NCBI GenBank assembly: GCA_951406725.2
Contig: OX597820.1
Coordinates: 79,918,001 to 79,982,000 of the forward strand
Source of the DNA: Octopus vulgaris
Lineage: Eukaryota
Reading direction: 5' to 3'
Length of the DNA: 64,000 nt
The position numbers and the translations under genes were made by a program. The notes beneath the pieces were generated by a model. That model had not been told where the DNA came from and searched no databases. It was given only the letters and a program-made list of their open reading frames with translations. Position 1 is the first letter of the stretch. The number at the start of each line of letters is the position of its first letter. Shown in pieces: positions 13,112 through 25,925 of this stretch.

Positions 13112-13532
13112 CCTCCATTTCTCTCTCTCTCTCTATTTATTGTTTACCTCATACGAATTTTAAAACTTTGCAAGGCATAATTTTTTTGTTTAAACGGTGG
13201 AGCTCTAAGAAGATAAGGCTATAAATAATAGAGTGTAAATATTTTTTTCTACCCAAAGTGTTTTTCACCCAATATTTGTAAACTGTCATTTATCGCTTTA
13301 TCTGGTTCTAGTTGGATCGTTTAAAAAAATCGAAAAAAAAGCAGGAAAACAAATTTTTTTCTATGTATATATATCTTTATCAACAAAAGCTGAAATGCTG
13401 TTTATCGTTCTTTCCCTCTAAAAGAATTCATCCTAACAAGAAAGAAAAAATCCAAAATTCTCCGAATTTTCCAATGAGATAATTTTCGACATAAGAGATT
13501 TGCAAAATTCAATTCTTCTAAATCTTCATTTT

Positions 13533-13795
13533 TTATCTTTTACTCGTTTTAGTTATTAGACTACGGCCATGTTGGGGCACCACCATGAAGAATTTTTTGT
13601 CGAATGACTCAATCCCAGTACATATTTTTTTAAGACTGGTACTTATTCTATCGGTCTCTTTTGGCGAACTGCTAAGTGAAGTGAAACGGTGATGGGTAAC
13701 AAACATAGACGCAAAAATATACAGATCCACACGCGCGCACTCATACGCACACGTGCGCACTCATGCGCACACACGCGCGCGCGCACACACACACA

Positions 13796-13833
<38 letters not shown>

Positions 13834-13990
13834 CCGGTCTTCCTTCAGTTTCCGTCTGCCAAATCCGCTCACATGGCTTTTGTAGGTCCGAAGCTATACT
13901 AGAAGACGCTTGCCCAGAGTGCCACACATTGGGAATGAGCCCAGAACCATGTAGTTGGGAAACAATCTTCTTACCACACACCCATGCCTG
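13533..13990 (-). mobile_element. SINE family A, full length with internal (GT)n
   Basis: Head at about 13990 and tail at about 13535, both on the minus strand. Confidence 0.8.
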
Positions 13991-14059
13991 CAACATAATA
14001 ATTATGAAAAGAGTTTTATAAAACGAAGAAGAAACAAAATGTCTTCCAAACTCTACATT

Positions 14060-15723
14060 AACCCATTTATTCAAAATCATCCATTTTGCAGACTAACTCT
14101 GGCTATAATCCCAAAAGGAAAAGTATCTATTTTCTGCGACAGGCATTGTAGAAATTTCTTAAATGCTAAGCGAGCAGTGCATAGAAGTTAAAATGTATCC
14201 ACACCTCTGCTAGAAACGCTTGTTTCCTACATAAAATATTCTCTGAGATGTCTCAAAATCTTTTTCATTTTCAATAACACATCATAATGTGTTGAATGTC
14301 TCATAATAAACGAAACCTAAATGCTATTTGCTGTCATTCTCAGATTTATTGCCATACACTTGAAGCAAATTGTCTGCTGCAACAGACCCTTTGGTGTGGT
14401 AATTCTGTTAGTAGCAGATTTTCGCCAAACTGCTCCTGTGATAACAAGAGATTCTAAAGCTGTTATTATTGAAAATTGTATTAAATGCTCGCAACTTTGG
14501 CCTCATGTAGACATGTAAAATTGGTAGGTATTTCCGGAAATCTGAAAATGACAGGGATAGAAGAATTTAGTAGTTGGTCACTTGATGTTGGAAGAATTTC
14601 ATAATCGGCTACTTGATGTTGGAAACGTTACACTGGCGTGTGAATATTGAATGACTGGAAGAAATTTTAATTCCTATGCTATCAGAACTAATATCAGGCG
14701 GAAGGATATTATTAGATATTTGGAGTTTTAAGAGATAGCTCAAAGGAAGAATCAATCGAAAATACCTATTCAAAGACATTGTTATCTACTAAAAATGTAG
14801 TTACATTCTACCTGAACAATTGCTATTCTTATATTGCTGCCTGGAAATATTCTATATATTTTTCTCTTGTGTGTCTTCGTTAAGATAATTTCTTTAGCAG
14901 TAGTATTTTGCAACATCTGTGATACACGTTTTCACACATCTCTACTCCTAAAATGTGTTACGTCATAGAACGGCTTTACTCGTATATGAATTATTCTGTT
15001 TTATACTAGACTTTTTTGCTAAAAAGAATTCTGGTGTACGACTTATACAAGGGGCAAAGCTAAAAATATGAAAAAAAAAAGATATTGTACAAATGTTATA
15101 TATTGTACCAAGACTTAACACTAAATTAGGGATATTACTTATACACAAGTAAATACGATAGCTTCAATTCAAAGACCCTGAGCTTCTCTCAATCTCCATT
15201 GCGCTTCTTGCTGCATCCACTCTTTCTTGTGAAGCACAAGAATTCGTTTGTCTGTTTATTTCCCTTCCTGTTTCTAATTGTTGTGCAGATAAGTCTGATC
15301 AATAACTTCTCACTAGTTCACTCTAATCTTTTTTCTTTCAAGACGAGTCTCCATTATGAATGAATTAAAAGTAGAAACACAAATCAATTTTTCCTTTTGT
15401 CTGCGAGGAGTTTTGCTGAATCTACTTAACACATAACCAACATTTAAATGACATGATAACATGATATCACAGAATATAATTAATTGATTCTACTGTAGAC
15501 TGTTGATTAGGCTTCAAGTCAACTTTTGAAGGCGAAATAATTAAACTTGATGCATTGTTGAATAAAAGTGTATATTTGTTCATGAATGATTACATTCTTA
15601 CTTAAATATGCGTGTGCGTTGCGTGCGTGCGTGTGTATCGAGTATTGATGCATTTTGTATGTTGTGTTAAGAACGAAGAATTTACTATCTCAATAAATAA
15701 ATGATTGCGGGCACGATAGCTAG
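14060..15723 (+). mobile_element. Decayed Helitron: PIF1-like helicase remnant (~14100-14830) and probable 3' end
   Basis: NRPFGVVILLVADFRQTAPVITRDSKAVIIENCIKCSQLW matches the Helitron PIF1 motif PFGGKVxxLGGDFRQxLPV. 'cgggcacgatagCTAG|T' at 15708-15724 resembles a Helitron 3' terminus. Continuity between the two parts is uncertain. Confidence 0.6.
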
Positions 15724-16019
15724 TCTTTAAACAAGCTTGAAGAAACATTTGCTAAAAAATCCAAAATTCGGAGACATTATGTCGTTTTCTTCTAAGGTAG
15801 AAGGATGGCATTTGATTGTTCTGCTTCGCTGAACATCCCATAAGAAACTCTGTATATTACTTAAGTACTTATATTGAAAAAACTTATAAGAAGAAAAGGC
15901 AAAAATTATGACAAACACCGTATTTAATCGTCGTATTAAAATGAACGCCACTGTTATACGCATCAGTGAAAGTTCGTATGTAAATGAGATATTTATTCTA
16001 TATTATACTATACCATATA

Positions 16020-16096
<77 letters not shown>

Positions 16097-16097
16097 T

Positions 16098-16581
16098 GAA
16101 GTATATTTGCCACCTAAATGTGGATGACCCATATGGGACGATGGTACCGTAGTTTAAAACCCCAGGAAGATATCTCCTCCAGTTGGCTAACGGCGCACTG
16201 TCTGTACTTGCGAAGGGAAATCACTGTTCCCATCCCTAGCCTGACGTGATACACACGGACCCGGGTTTCTGAGTAGTAACCCATCATCAGTGTGTGACAA
16301 TCACCGCCTAAGGATGAGACGTGATTCCGAATGCAAAATACAATATGCTTTTTCCAGTGACAAACGGTCGCTAATCTCGAAAAAGGAGAAACAAGCAATA
16401 ATAAATCTCTGACCGAGACGTAAACAGTCGCAGCACGACATCGGGAAGTATATTTGCCACCTAAATGTAGCTGACCAACATGGGACGATGCTAGAGTGTG
16501 ATAATCACCAGCTGAGATCAGCGACTGTCTGTGACTGGAAAAAGCATATAGTATTTTGCGTTCGGAGTCACGTCTCATCCC
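16098..16581. repeat. Unclassified element with nested direct and inverted repeats
   Basis: ~45-bp direct repeat at 16098 and 16445; ~70-bp inverted repeat at 16311-16380 and 16513-16580. Confidence 0.75.
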
Positions 16582-16755
16582 TATTACCCGTCCTGTTTCC
16601 CATCTTTTTCTCTCGTTGCTTGCGTCTTTAACTCATGTGTTTTCGTAAGTCATGTTGTTAACAGTTGGTGACGTCCTGTACGCGTAAATGCACACAGACA
16701 TACATATATATAATTTCCATTATTATTTAATTGAACGGCACGCATCAATTTCCAA

Positions 16756-16801
<46 letters not shown>

Positions 16802-16803
<2 letters not shown>

Positions 16804-17006
16804 GGAGAGTTCATGAAAAAAAAACAAAAGACGAAGACAGGTGACGTAGAAAACAAACAGATGTATTAGTATAACGCTCAGGAATTGGAAAAGTCTTTTA
16901 CGTTTCGAGCCTACGCTCTTCTACAGAAAGGGACACAGAAAAAAAAAACAAGGAGAGAAACGAGGAGTGAAAAAATGTGTGTAGTGGCTACCGATCTATC
17001 ATGGCG
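16802..17006 (-). mobile_element. Hammerhead-bearing mini-element, family D copy c
   Basis: CTTT-CTGTAGA-A-GAGC-GTAG-GCTC-GAAAC-GTA-AAAG at 16930-16895. Confidence 0.72.
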
Positions 17007-17399
17007 ACTGCCGGACAGAAGGGTCACACATGAGCGCGAAGAAGTACGGGAGATAACAAAGTAAAGATGACCCCCAAAACGAAGGTGCGTGTGTGTATAA
17101 GAGAGTACATCAAAATTCGATCAGAAGTTATGTTAGTCTCAGGAAGAGATGGTATCATCCAAGGAAATACTGGTTCAATAACTAATATTATGGGGGAATT
17201 GATTTCCTTAAAATAATAGTTATTTTCATAAAACCATATAGTTTATATTCATATAAAAGGAGAAAAATAAAATGGAGATTGGGAAGTTAATAATTGTCTA
17301 TTATTAACAACAAATCAACCATTATCCCAAACAACTGCTTCAATTAAAACTAAGTGAATTAATTATATATTAAATTCATATGCTCTGAGCATAATATCT

Positions 17400-17691
17400 T
17401 CTCGTAACCATGTCATCGACCAGACTATCAGGTGTTATATATATAGCTGGTCACAATGCAATCTGCGTCGTTTTCGTTTTGGGATGATGGTGAGCAGGCT
17501 AACATTCCACCACCCCGGGCCTTGATCGGAAGGCTGTACTGTCACAGGGTTACCTATGAACTGCTAAGCAGACTGGAACAGCGTAAAATGAAGTGGTTTG
17601 CTCATGAACACAATGTGTTGCCCCATCCGGAAATCGAATTCACGATCCAGTGAATGTGGCTGTAACAGCGTAACCACGGGCCACATGCCTT

Positions 17692-17692
<1 letters not shown>
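17400..17692 (-). mobile_element. Old tRNA-derived SINE related to family C (different tail)
   Basis: Homologous to 47480-47762; B-box-like 'gaattcgatttcc' and core 'tgtgttcatgagcaa'. Confidence 0.65.
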
Positions 17693-17732
<40 letters not shown>

Positions 17733-17739
17733 CTTTACC

Positions 17740-17855
17740 CTTTTACTCTTTTTCTTGTTTCAGTCATTTGACTGCAGCCATGCTGGAGCACCGCCTTTAG
17801 TCGAGTAAATCGACTCCATGACTTATTCTCTGTAAGCCTAATACTTATTCTATCA
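17740..17855 (-). mobile_element. SINE family A, 3' fragment
   Basis: Reverse complement of the family A tail. Confidence 0.8.
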
Positions 17856-18020
17856 TAAATCAACGCTTACAGTTCCTTGTGAATCCGATTGGGCCAAGAC
17901 GCTCATCCATCAAATTCAGCCAAATTAACTGTATAGATACACAACTGTCTAATACGACATATAGCACACACATACGTGCGCGCGCATATATGCATATGTA
18001 TATATACATATATGTATATT

Positions 18021-18204
18021 CGCCATGCAGGACCGCTGTAAACTACAAGTTTTTTTTCACTCTGTTTATTTTCTCTTATTCTTTTCTGTTGAAGAGCGTA
18101 GAATCGAAACGTAAAAGACTTTTTCATCTTTCCCAAGCGTCAAACTAATGTACTTGCTTGTTGTTCATACACCAATCTCTGTCTTTTGTTTTTCTAAAAA
18201 TGTC

Positions 18205-18208
<4 letters not shown>
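18021..18208 (+). mobile_element. Hammerhead-bearing mini-element, family D copy d
   Basis: Starts CGCCATG like copies c and e; TTT-CTGTTGA-A-GAGC-GTAG-AATC-GAAAC-GTA-AAA at 18083-18116 (stem II damaged); 3' end in (TA)n. Confidence 0.7.
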
Positions 18209-18260
<52 letters not shown>

Positions 18261-18868
18261 GCATGTTTCACTAGATACAGTACAATTTTCAAGTTTTATC
18301 TTTATATTTTAAATTGTTTCATAATTTCTTTTGGGGATTATTATAGTTGATTTGGAACAAAAGAGTTCCAAAATCGATATCCAGCATTTCTAGCATTTCA
18401 CAATCTCATCTCCAAGAATTAGATTGAATCTATTTTTGTTCTTCCTTATTTACTGATTGAATTTGTTGTAGACTTTCCTGACAAAGGGTTATTGACCGCT
18501 GGGGTGATGTATCAGAAGCCATGCGTCGATTTACTTGTCACAGACAAATTTTGATTTTGTTTTTCTCTGACTGTAGCGTACTGTTAATTTCTTGATGCAT
18601 CTGTTAGCGTTATAATTGTTGTATTGTATCGCGATATGGGTTTAGCTGCGATACTTAAAGTTCTATTTTCGTGTGCAATTTTATAAAGTAAATATTTTCT
18701 TCTAATATTTCTCTAATTTCCTTTTGTGGTGCGTAGTGTACTTTTGTGCAATAGCTCCATCCATCTATCCAGCCATCCATCAAACCATCCGTCCGTCTGT
18801 CTCTATATTTGTATGTGTGCAAATACATACGTACGTATACATACATACATGCATACATATATATATAT

Positions 18869-18915
<47 letters not shown>

Positions 18916-18975
18916 CATATATATACATACATATATATGTATGTATGTATATGTATAAATACAGACATGCATATA

Positions 18976-20269
18976 CTGGGTTGGCAACTAAGTTCCCGCC
19001 GTTTTTTTTTTAAAATTTAACTTTTTTAAAAGGTTTAATAAAAAATAACAATTAATTAATCAGTAATGTATTCACCCTTGCTGTTTACAACTTCTTCCCA
19101 ATTTTCAACAAGATTTTCAGTACCTCGTTGGTAGAAATCACCCGATTTCGACTTCAAAAATTGATCCAACCAAGTTCTCAATTCTGCATTAGTATTGAAC
19201 GAAACTCCACGCATAGCATTTGAAAGAGATCGAAAGAGGTGGAAATCCGTTAGTGCCAAATCAGGAGAGTATGGTGGGTGTGCCAGCACTTCTCAGCTAT
19301 GCGTTTGAATGGCTTGCTTTGTCCTATTGGCGATATGAGGGCGAGCGTTGTCGTGTAGCAGAAGAACTCCATGCTGCCGATTAGTTCTTTTCTCTTGAAT
19401 AGCCGTGTTGAGTCGTTCAACGTGTTGAACATAGAGTTCCGCATTGACCGTTTGGTTCCGTTTAAGCAATTCGTGATGGATAATCCCTTCCCAGTCCCAC
19501 CATACGCACAACATCATTTTACGCAGATTAAGATCTTGTTTCACGCGCGGTGTCACTTGTTTACCGGAGTCTAAGCCACTCCTTACGCTGCTTCATATTG
19601 ATGTACAGTCACCATTTTTCGTCGCCAGTAACGATTCGGTAAAGAAATCGTTGCTTGTGTCCATGACTTAAGTAGTGATGAGCAAGCAAACCAGCAGAGA
19701 TTGTGGTTCGTTGATTTTTGTTGTTGTCACTTAAAGCATGCGGAACCCATGCTCCATACTTCTGAACCTTTCCCATCGAGTGAAGATGCTTCTCTATAGC
19801 AGTGTGGAAGCATTCCATTTTCTCTGCCAGTTTCCTTGTCGTTTGACGAGAATTTTCGTGCAAAAGTTGGTTTAATCGCTCTTCATCGAACTCAACTGGA
19901 CGGCCGGAACGAAGTAACTCTTTGAGGTCAAGATTTACATTTTTGAACTAGGCATACCCATCACGAGCGGTTCTTACAGCTATGGCACCCCCTCAATATA
20001 CAAAACAAATGTCGCGAGTAGTTTTTGCGGCCTTAAAACCTTGATTAAAAGCGAAAAGAAGGTGTCGAAAATACTCGTTTTTCTTAACTTGACATTCCAT
20101 TCTAATGATATGAAAATAAACAAAATTTAACTAAAATTAACTAGAAAAAAAAAACACAAAACAAAATAGATTCCAAAATAGAATTCTCGAAAAGAATAGA
20201 TTCCAAAATTTAAAAACGTAATAAATTCCAAAATTTAAAAAAACCGAGGGAACTTAGTTGCTAACTCAA
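18976..20269 (-). mobile_element. Near-full-length mariner (DD34D) transposon
   Basis: TIRs CTGGGTTGGCAACTAAGTTCCC / GGGAACTTAGTTGCTAACTCAA; TA at 18974-18975; about 1.29 kb. Confidence 0.93.
19056..20100 (-). pseudogene. Mariner transposase pseudogene
   Basis: MECQVKKNEYFRH..WVPHAL..IVTGDEKW..MLCVWWD..HDNARPH..HPPYSPDLALTDFHLF; split across frames, with stops. Confidence 0.93.
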
Positions 20270-20399
20270 TGCATACATACTCTTCACACACATTCACTCA
20301 CAGACATAGACTTAATGTCAGCTGCTTCTTTATCCAAGAATTTTAATTTCTTTCTGCTGAAGGAAATATCACCATGGAAACGCCAGTGATTTCTTTGTA

Positions 20400-20752
20400 T
20401 CTTAGCTTGCCAGAGAGTTACCAACACACTTTAGTTTCCTTGCCATTCTTTGCTGGATATATAGAATGACAGAGGCATATCAGATAATGCCATAGTGATG
20501 GATTGCACTGAATCGGTTGTTGTTTCGACTGGCGTTTTCTAATCTGGTCCATCTGGTGTTGTCTTCCTCGGCCACTTCAAATGTTGTTCACATGGACCAT
20601 CTGTTTTCAATATGCGACACTTGCTCAACCGCTGGACTTTTGAAGGGGGATTGGTCGTGTTCAATTCTTTTCTTCGACCTTACTGCCATGGGTGGGCTTC
20701 CTAGGATCATTAGTCTAATGCGCAAGACCTCCACCATGAAATAAAGTGACAA
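20400..20752 (-). mobile_element. Decayed RTE-clade LINE 5' region
   Basis: Minus strand 'gtcact..catggtggaggtcttgcg..aatgatcctagga..cccacccatggcagtaaggtc' resembles RTE/BovB-type 5' UTRs; similar to 47060-47355. Confidence 0.45.
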
Positions 20753-20955
20753 ACAAAGATAAATATGGATGTGTGTGTGTGTGTGTGTCTGGTTTAAAAA
20801 GCCACATCAAACCCCATGATAGATCTAAGGTGTAAGTGCAAAAGGTGGTCAGATTCTTATAAGTAGACAACCACTATGTATGTATGCATGCATGCATGCA
20901 CGCATGTATGTATGTATGTATGTATGTATGTATGTATGTATGTATGTATGTATAT

Positions 20956-21508
20956 GTCAGGTCACTTTCGAGTGCTGCTAGTAACATGTAACCCAGTGCT
21001 ACCTGTTGAATGGTCGGGTCGTCGGCGATTAAACCGGCAACCCCACCAAGCTTGCTTGGTGAGGAGGGTGTTTATTGGTCACCCTGCAGGATGAAAAACA
21101 AAACCCGTCAAAGGGCGGAGGAACTCTTGAGAGTCAACGGCCATCCAATAAATGTCTTAAAGCTGTATCATGCGCGGGGACATAGAAATAATCGGATTGA
21201 ATACCCGATCGCGCAGTTAAACCATTGGGAGTGAAGGACTCCTAGCCTTTGTCAGGACATCCTTCTAGGAGAAGGCAACTCAGGTAACTGGGATAACTCC
21301 GACATAAAACCTGCGGCTCAGTGGTTACCGATGATGTTGACTTGTTCTTCTTTTCGGATTATGGCTGCTGTTGCTTAGTGAGTGGGATTGACTCAGTGCA
21401 CAGCCTTTCCTCACTTAAAAAAATATCTTCTTGCCGAGGCATTGCACGATAACAACATTGATTAAGCTTCGTGCAATGGCCATACTCGATAACGAGGGGG
21501 CAGCCACC
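20956..21508 (+). mobile_element. 553-bp non-coding element within (TATG)n, probably a non-autonomous RTE derivative
   Basis: Bounded by (TATG)n on both sides; 3' hairpin TGGCCATACTCGATAACGAGGGGGCAGCCACC is similar to the ends at 20875, 62873 and 62929; no ORF. Confidence 0.55.
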
Positions 21509-21841
21509 ATGTATGTATGTATGTATGTATGTATGTATGTTTGTATGTATGTATGTATGTATTTATGTATGTGTGTGTGTATGTATGTATGTATGTATGT
21601 ATGTATGTATGTATGTATGTATGTATATTTAAAGACGCTATTGCAAAGAATTTTTGGCACAGTCGCCACATCGAGGAAAAGTTTTCCAAAATTAAATATT
21701 TTTGCATAATTTATCTTTAGAAAAACCAAAATGACATGAATATTTTCTGGAAAGGAGTTTTCGCATTCTTCGTAATCTGTTTCGCTGTTGACAGCATCTC
21801 AAACAGAAATTGCATGGGATTGTACTTGTGTTGACTGATTC

Positions 21842-21889
21842 TAGCTTTGGATTAGCTTTGGATTAGCTTTGGATTTAGCTTTGGATTAG
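21842..21889. repeat. ~11-bp tandem repeat (TAGCTTTGGAT) x4
   Basis: Direct reading. Confidence 0.9.
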
Positions 21890-22566
21890 AATTCTTATAA
21901 AGTGGTGGTATGCTGTCAACTTAATGTGACAGTCCCATGAAAGGAAATAATACGACTGCTATTTAGCCCTAGGAAGCACCGCTTCCTGTCGGCCTTGACA
22001 CATTTTCTGTGTCCTTATGTTTAAAAGGGGCAGATAAGCACATCCACCCAGCAATTATTCTTTTAACTTTCATAGTTGATAATTTTCTTTGTTTAGACTT
22101 AAACAATTGTGAAATAATTGAATAGAGCACCAAAACAACAGGGGAAAGAATTGAAAGACAATGCACGTATGAATAAAATTTCATTTACAGCATCACATAC
22201 CCGCAATGTAATGAAAATGTTATCGGCCAAATGGGATAAAAATTAATACATCGTGTTAGAGTACATAAACAGAAAAAAATTAAAATTCACCCCTGAGAAA
22301 TGGTCCACGTAGAGAACATCTAAAAATATGCATAAATGCAAAATTCGAAATACTTCCTATTTTCAGAATAAAGACGTGAAACGCTAGCTTTATGTATTCA
22401 TTTTTGCAGCTGTTTAGCAGGCAATGGCTGAGAGAGGCAATACATTCGGAGGCTTTTTCTGTGTTGTTCCTAAACCTCTGCCTCATTAATTTCTTCTTAG
22501 GTAGGAAACTGTCAGTATCATTGTGTATATATGTACGTACGTGTGTGCGTGTATGTATGTAGGCAC

Positions 22567-22597
<31 letters not shown>

Positions 22598-22608
22598 TGT
22601 ATGTATGT

Positions 22609-22798
22609 ATGGGGAGAATTCACAAAAAAGCAAAAGACGAAGATAGGTGGTTTAGACAACAAACATGTATTAGTATAACGTTCGTGAAGTGAAAAGGTCT
22701 TTAACGCTTCGAGCCTACGCTCTTCCACAGAAAGGAACACAAAAAGAAACAAGGAGAGAAAATAAAGAATGTGTTGTGGCTAGTTATCTATCATGGCG
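22609..22798 (-). mobile_element. Hammerhead-bearing mini-element, family D copy e
   Basis: CTTT-CTGTGGA-A-GAGC-GTAG-GCTC-GAAGC-GTT-AAAG at 22734-22699; this copy lies in (TATG)n. Confidence 0.7.
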
Positions 22799-22870
22799 AA
22801 TGTATGTATGTATGTATGTATGTATGTATGTATGTATGTATGTATGTATGTATGTATGTATGTATGTATG

Positions 22871-22901
<31 letters not shown>

Positions 22902-23359
22902 GAGCTTCCTCTTGGTATGCAGACAGTTGATTAAAATGCAGATCATTAGATCTAGCTACTCATTACTTCAGAGTCTAACATTTTTATATTACTGAATTGC
23001 TATTTTCTTCACCTAGTGAAGCCATTAACATCATTTCCAAATATCGATTGAATTATCTCGTGTTTTTCTACATATATACGTATATACATTACATACGTAC
23101 GAACGTACGCACATACATACATACGTACATACATACATACAGATCTGTGTGTGATGAATATGTCTCCATTTGAAAACCAGTGCAGATTATGTTAATTATT
23201 TTATAAACGTTATCACCATACATAATGGTGAACTATGATAAATGTATAAGAGAAAATTAATATAATCTATATCCGTTTTAAACGGGAAACATTTATGACA
23301 CATAAAAATAAATATGTAGAAAAAATTATAACAAAACGTACATGATACGTTTCTTCAAA

Positions 23360-23408
<49 letters not shown>

Positions 23409-23456
23409 CATACATACGTACTTGTGTGCATAACTATCGATCTGTTTATTTTTGAA

Positions 23457-23506
<50 letters not shown>

Positions 23507-23705
23507 AAATGGCAACACGTTTATATATTTCTACATGCACATGCCTTTATATCCTTATATATATGTGTGTTTCTATTATACGAAGTTTTGTCAGTAAACA
23601 AATCGCGGTTTCAAAGCGACGAAAATATTTTGACACAAATTAAATATAAATGTTGAAGTGAATGCGTTTTCTTAAATAGCTTATATACATCTTCCTTGCT
23701 GCAAT

Positions 23706-23750
<45 letters not shown>

Positions 23751-23753
<3 letters not shown>

Positions 23754-23992
23754 GTTAATCCAAACATGAAAACACAAAGAGAAAACACAAGAACGTGAGG
23801 ACGTGGAACAAGTATAGTATTATTGGACGCTCAGGAAAGAAGGAAAGAAGGAGGGTTTAACGTTTCGAGCGGAGCTCTTCGTCAGAAACATAGGAAAAGG
23901 AAAGATCCAAAGAAGGGAAGACGGAGGGAAAAAATCGCCAACGGTCACATTTTTAATATATATATATATATATAAACACACGCGGTAACATT

Positions 23993-24034
<42 letters not shown>

Positions 24035-24242
24035 TCAAAATGTGACCGCGTGTGTACCGTTGGCGATTTTTTTCCTCCGTCTTCCCTTCTCTGGAGCTTT
24101 CCTTTTCCTATGTTTCTGGCGAAGAGCTCCGCTCGAAACGTTAAACCCTCCTTCTTCCCTTCCTTCCTGAGCGTCCAATAATACTATATTTGTTCCACGT
24201 CCTCCCGTTGTGTTTTCTCTTTGTGTTTTCATGTTTGGATTA

Positions 24243-24246
<4 letters not shown>
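23751..24246. mobile_element. Head-to-head inverted pair of ~220-bp hammerhead-bearing Penelope-like elements (family F) around (TA)n
   Basis: 23751-23996 (-) and 24030-24246 (+) are near reverse complements; a further 3' fragment lies at 10485-10560. Confidence 0.8.
23855..23889 (-). ncRNA. Minimal type I hammerhead ribozyme motif
   Basis: GTTT-CTGACGA-A-GAGC-TCC-GCTC-GAAAC-GTT-AAAC: all core nucleotides present, stems I and II intact. The partner at 24112-24146 reads CTGGCGA. Confidence 0.75.
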
Positions 24247-24283
<37 letters not shown>

Positions 24284-25769
24284 TAGGAGTGGGGTCGAAA
24301 CATAACGACTTTTAAGAAACCCTATAAGAAAATTAGGGTTATGTGACCCCTCCGTACCACTCGCGTACACCCCCACAATTAAATACTCTAATTTTCTATA
24401 TTAAGCATATAATCTCTAATACATATAATAAATTGCTTATGAAGCATTTGATCATATTCCACTGCAGGAACCGTGTTTAAAACATCTGCTTAGTTAAGAC
24501 AATTGGTAGGTAGGTATCCCTACAAAATTGTAAAATTGCAACTTTTCAATGTGTTAAATGAATTTCTTTTTAGAAAATGTATATATTTGTTAAATATTTT
24601 TTTTTGTCTTTCTGATTATTTCAGTGCTAAGTTGTTTTATAATTTTACAAAAATACCTATATAATTTCAAACTAATAATTTAAGTATATAAAATTGTATA
24701 ATGGCAACTAGAAGTAAAAGCAGCAATTCAGCATTTGGATTTCCTGCAGAATTTCCTACAACAATGACCCACATCAAATGCTGATATATTCCGAAATTGT
24801 TTTTCTTCAGAAAGCTTGAAGAACATATATATATAAAAAAAAAGACTTCATCCCCAGCGAAAGAATGCTACCGCATTGTTGCTGCAGATGTGCGAACAAA
24901 ATGGGACAATTTTTCTTTTCCTTATATTGGATTTGAGGGAAAAGCTCTAAAAATTGATAGATTGATTGAATCTGCTTATAAATTAAACAAAATACCTATG
25001 AAGCAAAGAGGAGATAGTTTCGATAAGAAATTCGAGGAGTTCGATGAGATGTTTGATATATGCACCTGCACTTGTTATGACAATCAAATAAATAGATCGG
25101 ACTGTCGTAGCCAATACCTCTTCCTTGTCATAGCCAAGGAGTCGAACGTGCTATCAAATTTAGTGATAAAAACTTCTGAAGTGAGAATATGCTACCAAAA
25201 TAGGCAGAAATGCATATTAATTGTACAGAAATCAAGACAAAGTTTACCTCACTTTGACTGGAAGAGACAATGGTCATTTAATTAAATAGTAATTATTATT
25301 AATGCTTATTTTATGGTGTTCACTGTCCATGTATTTCGTTTGAGGTTCGTGCATAGATTTTTTATTGCATATCATAATAGTCATTAAAAATTTACCTTTT
25401 GCTAATGTTGAAAGTGCTTTTCTGAATACAGGCATATTTTTAAAATAAAGAAATAATACAAAATATATAAATAAATAAAGATTCCAATAACTGTCTTTTT
25501 TTTCAGGGTATAGGGGAGGTGCATATAATTTATAAAATGTTATATAAGTAATATTTAACCAATACAAAGTTAATAGCATAAAAAACAAGTTTACATTTCC
25601 TTATATTTTCAATATTCAAAACGCAAAATTAGGTGGTGTGGTGTTATGTGAAGGGTAGGTTTTTAACGCAGCAAGTTCATACTTTTTAAAATTTTTAATT
25701 TATTTCTCACACCAAAATGAACACCAAGCAATATGTGTAATCAGAATATAAAATTTCGACCCCCGCCTA
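24284..25769 (+). mobile_element. Internally deleted DNA transposon, hATm-like
   Basis: TIRs TAGGAGTGGGGTCGAAA / TTTCGACCCCCGCCTA; 8-bp flanks ATATGTAT / ATATATAT; N-terminal transposase remnant MATRSKS..FGFPAEFP..VRTKWD..KIDRL..MFDICTCTC (24701-25110). Confidence 0.65.
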
Positions 25770-25925
25770 ATATATATATCTATATATATACACACACATA
25801 CATACATAAATACATACACACATATGCAAATACGTACACATACACATACCCACCTATGTTCCAACTAGTTTTACAAGTATGTTTGTTCGTATGTTTTTCC
25901 GTTTGAAGTCTGTCGCACAAATAAT

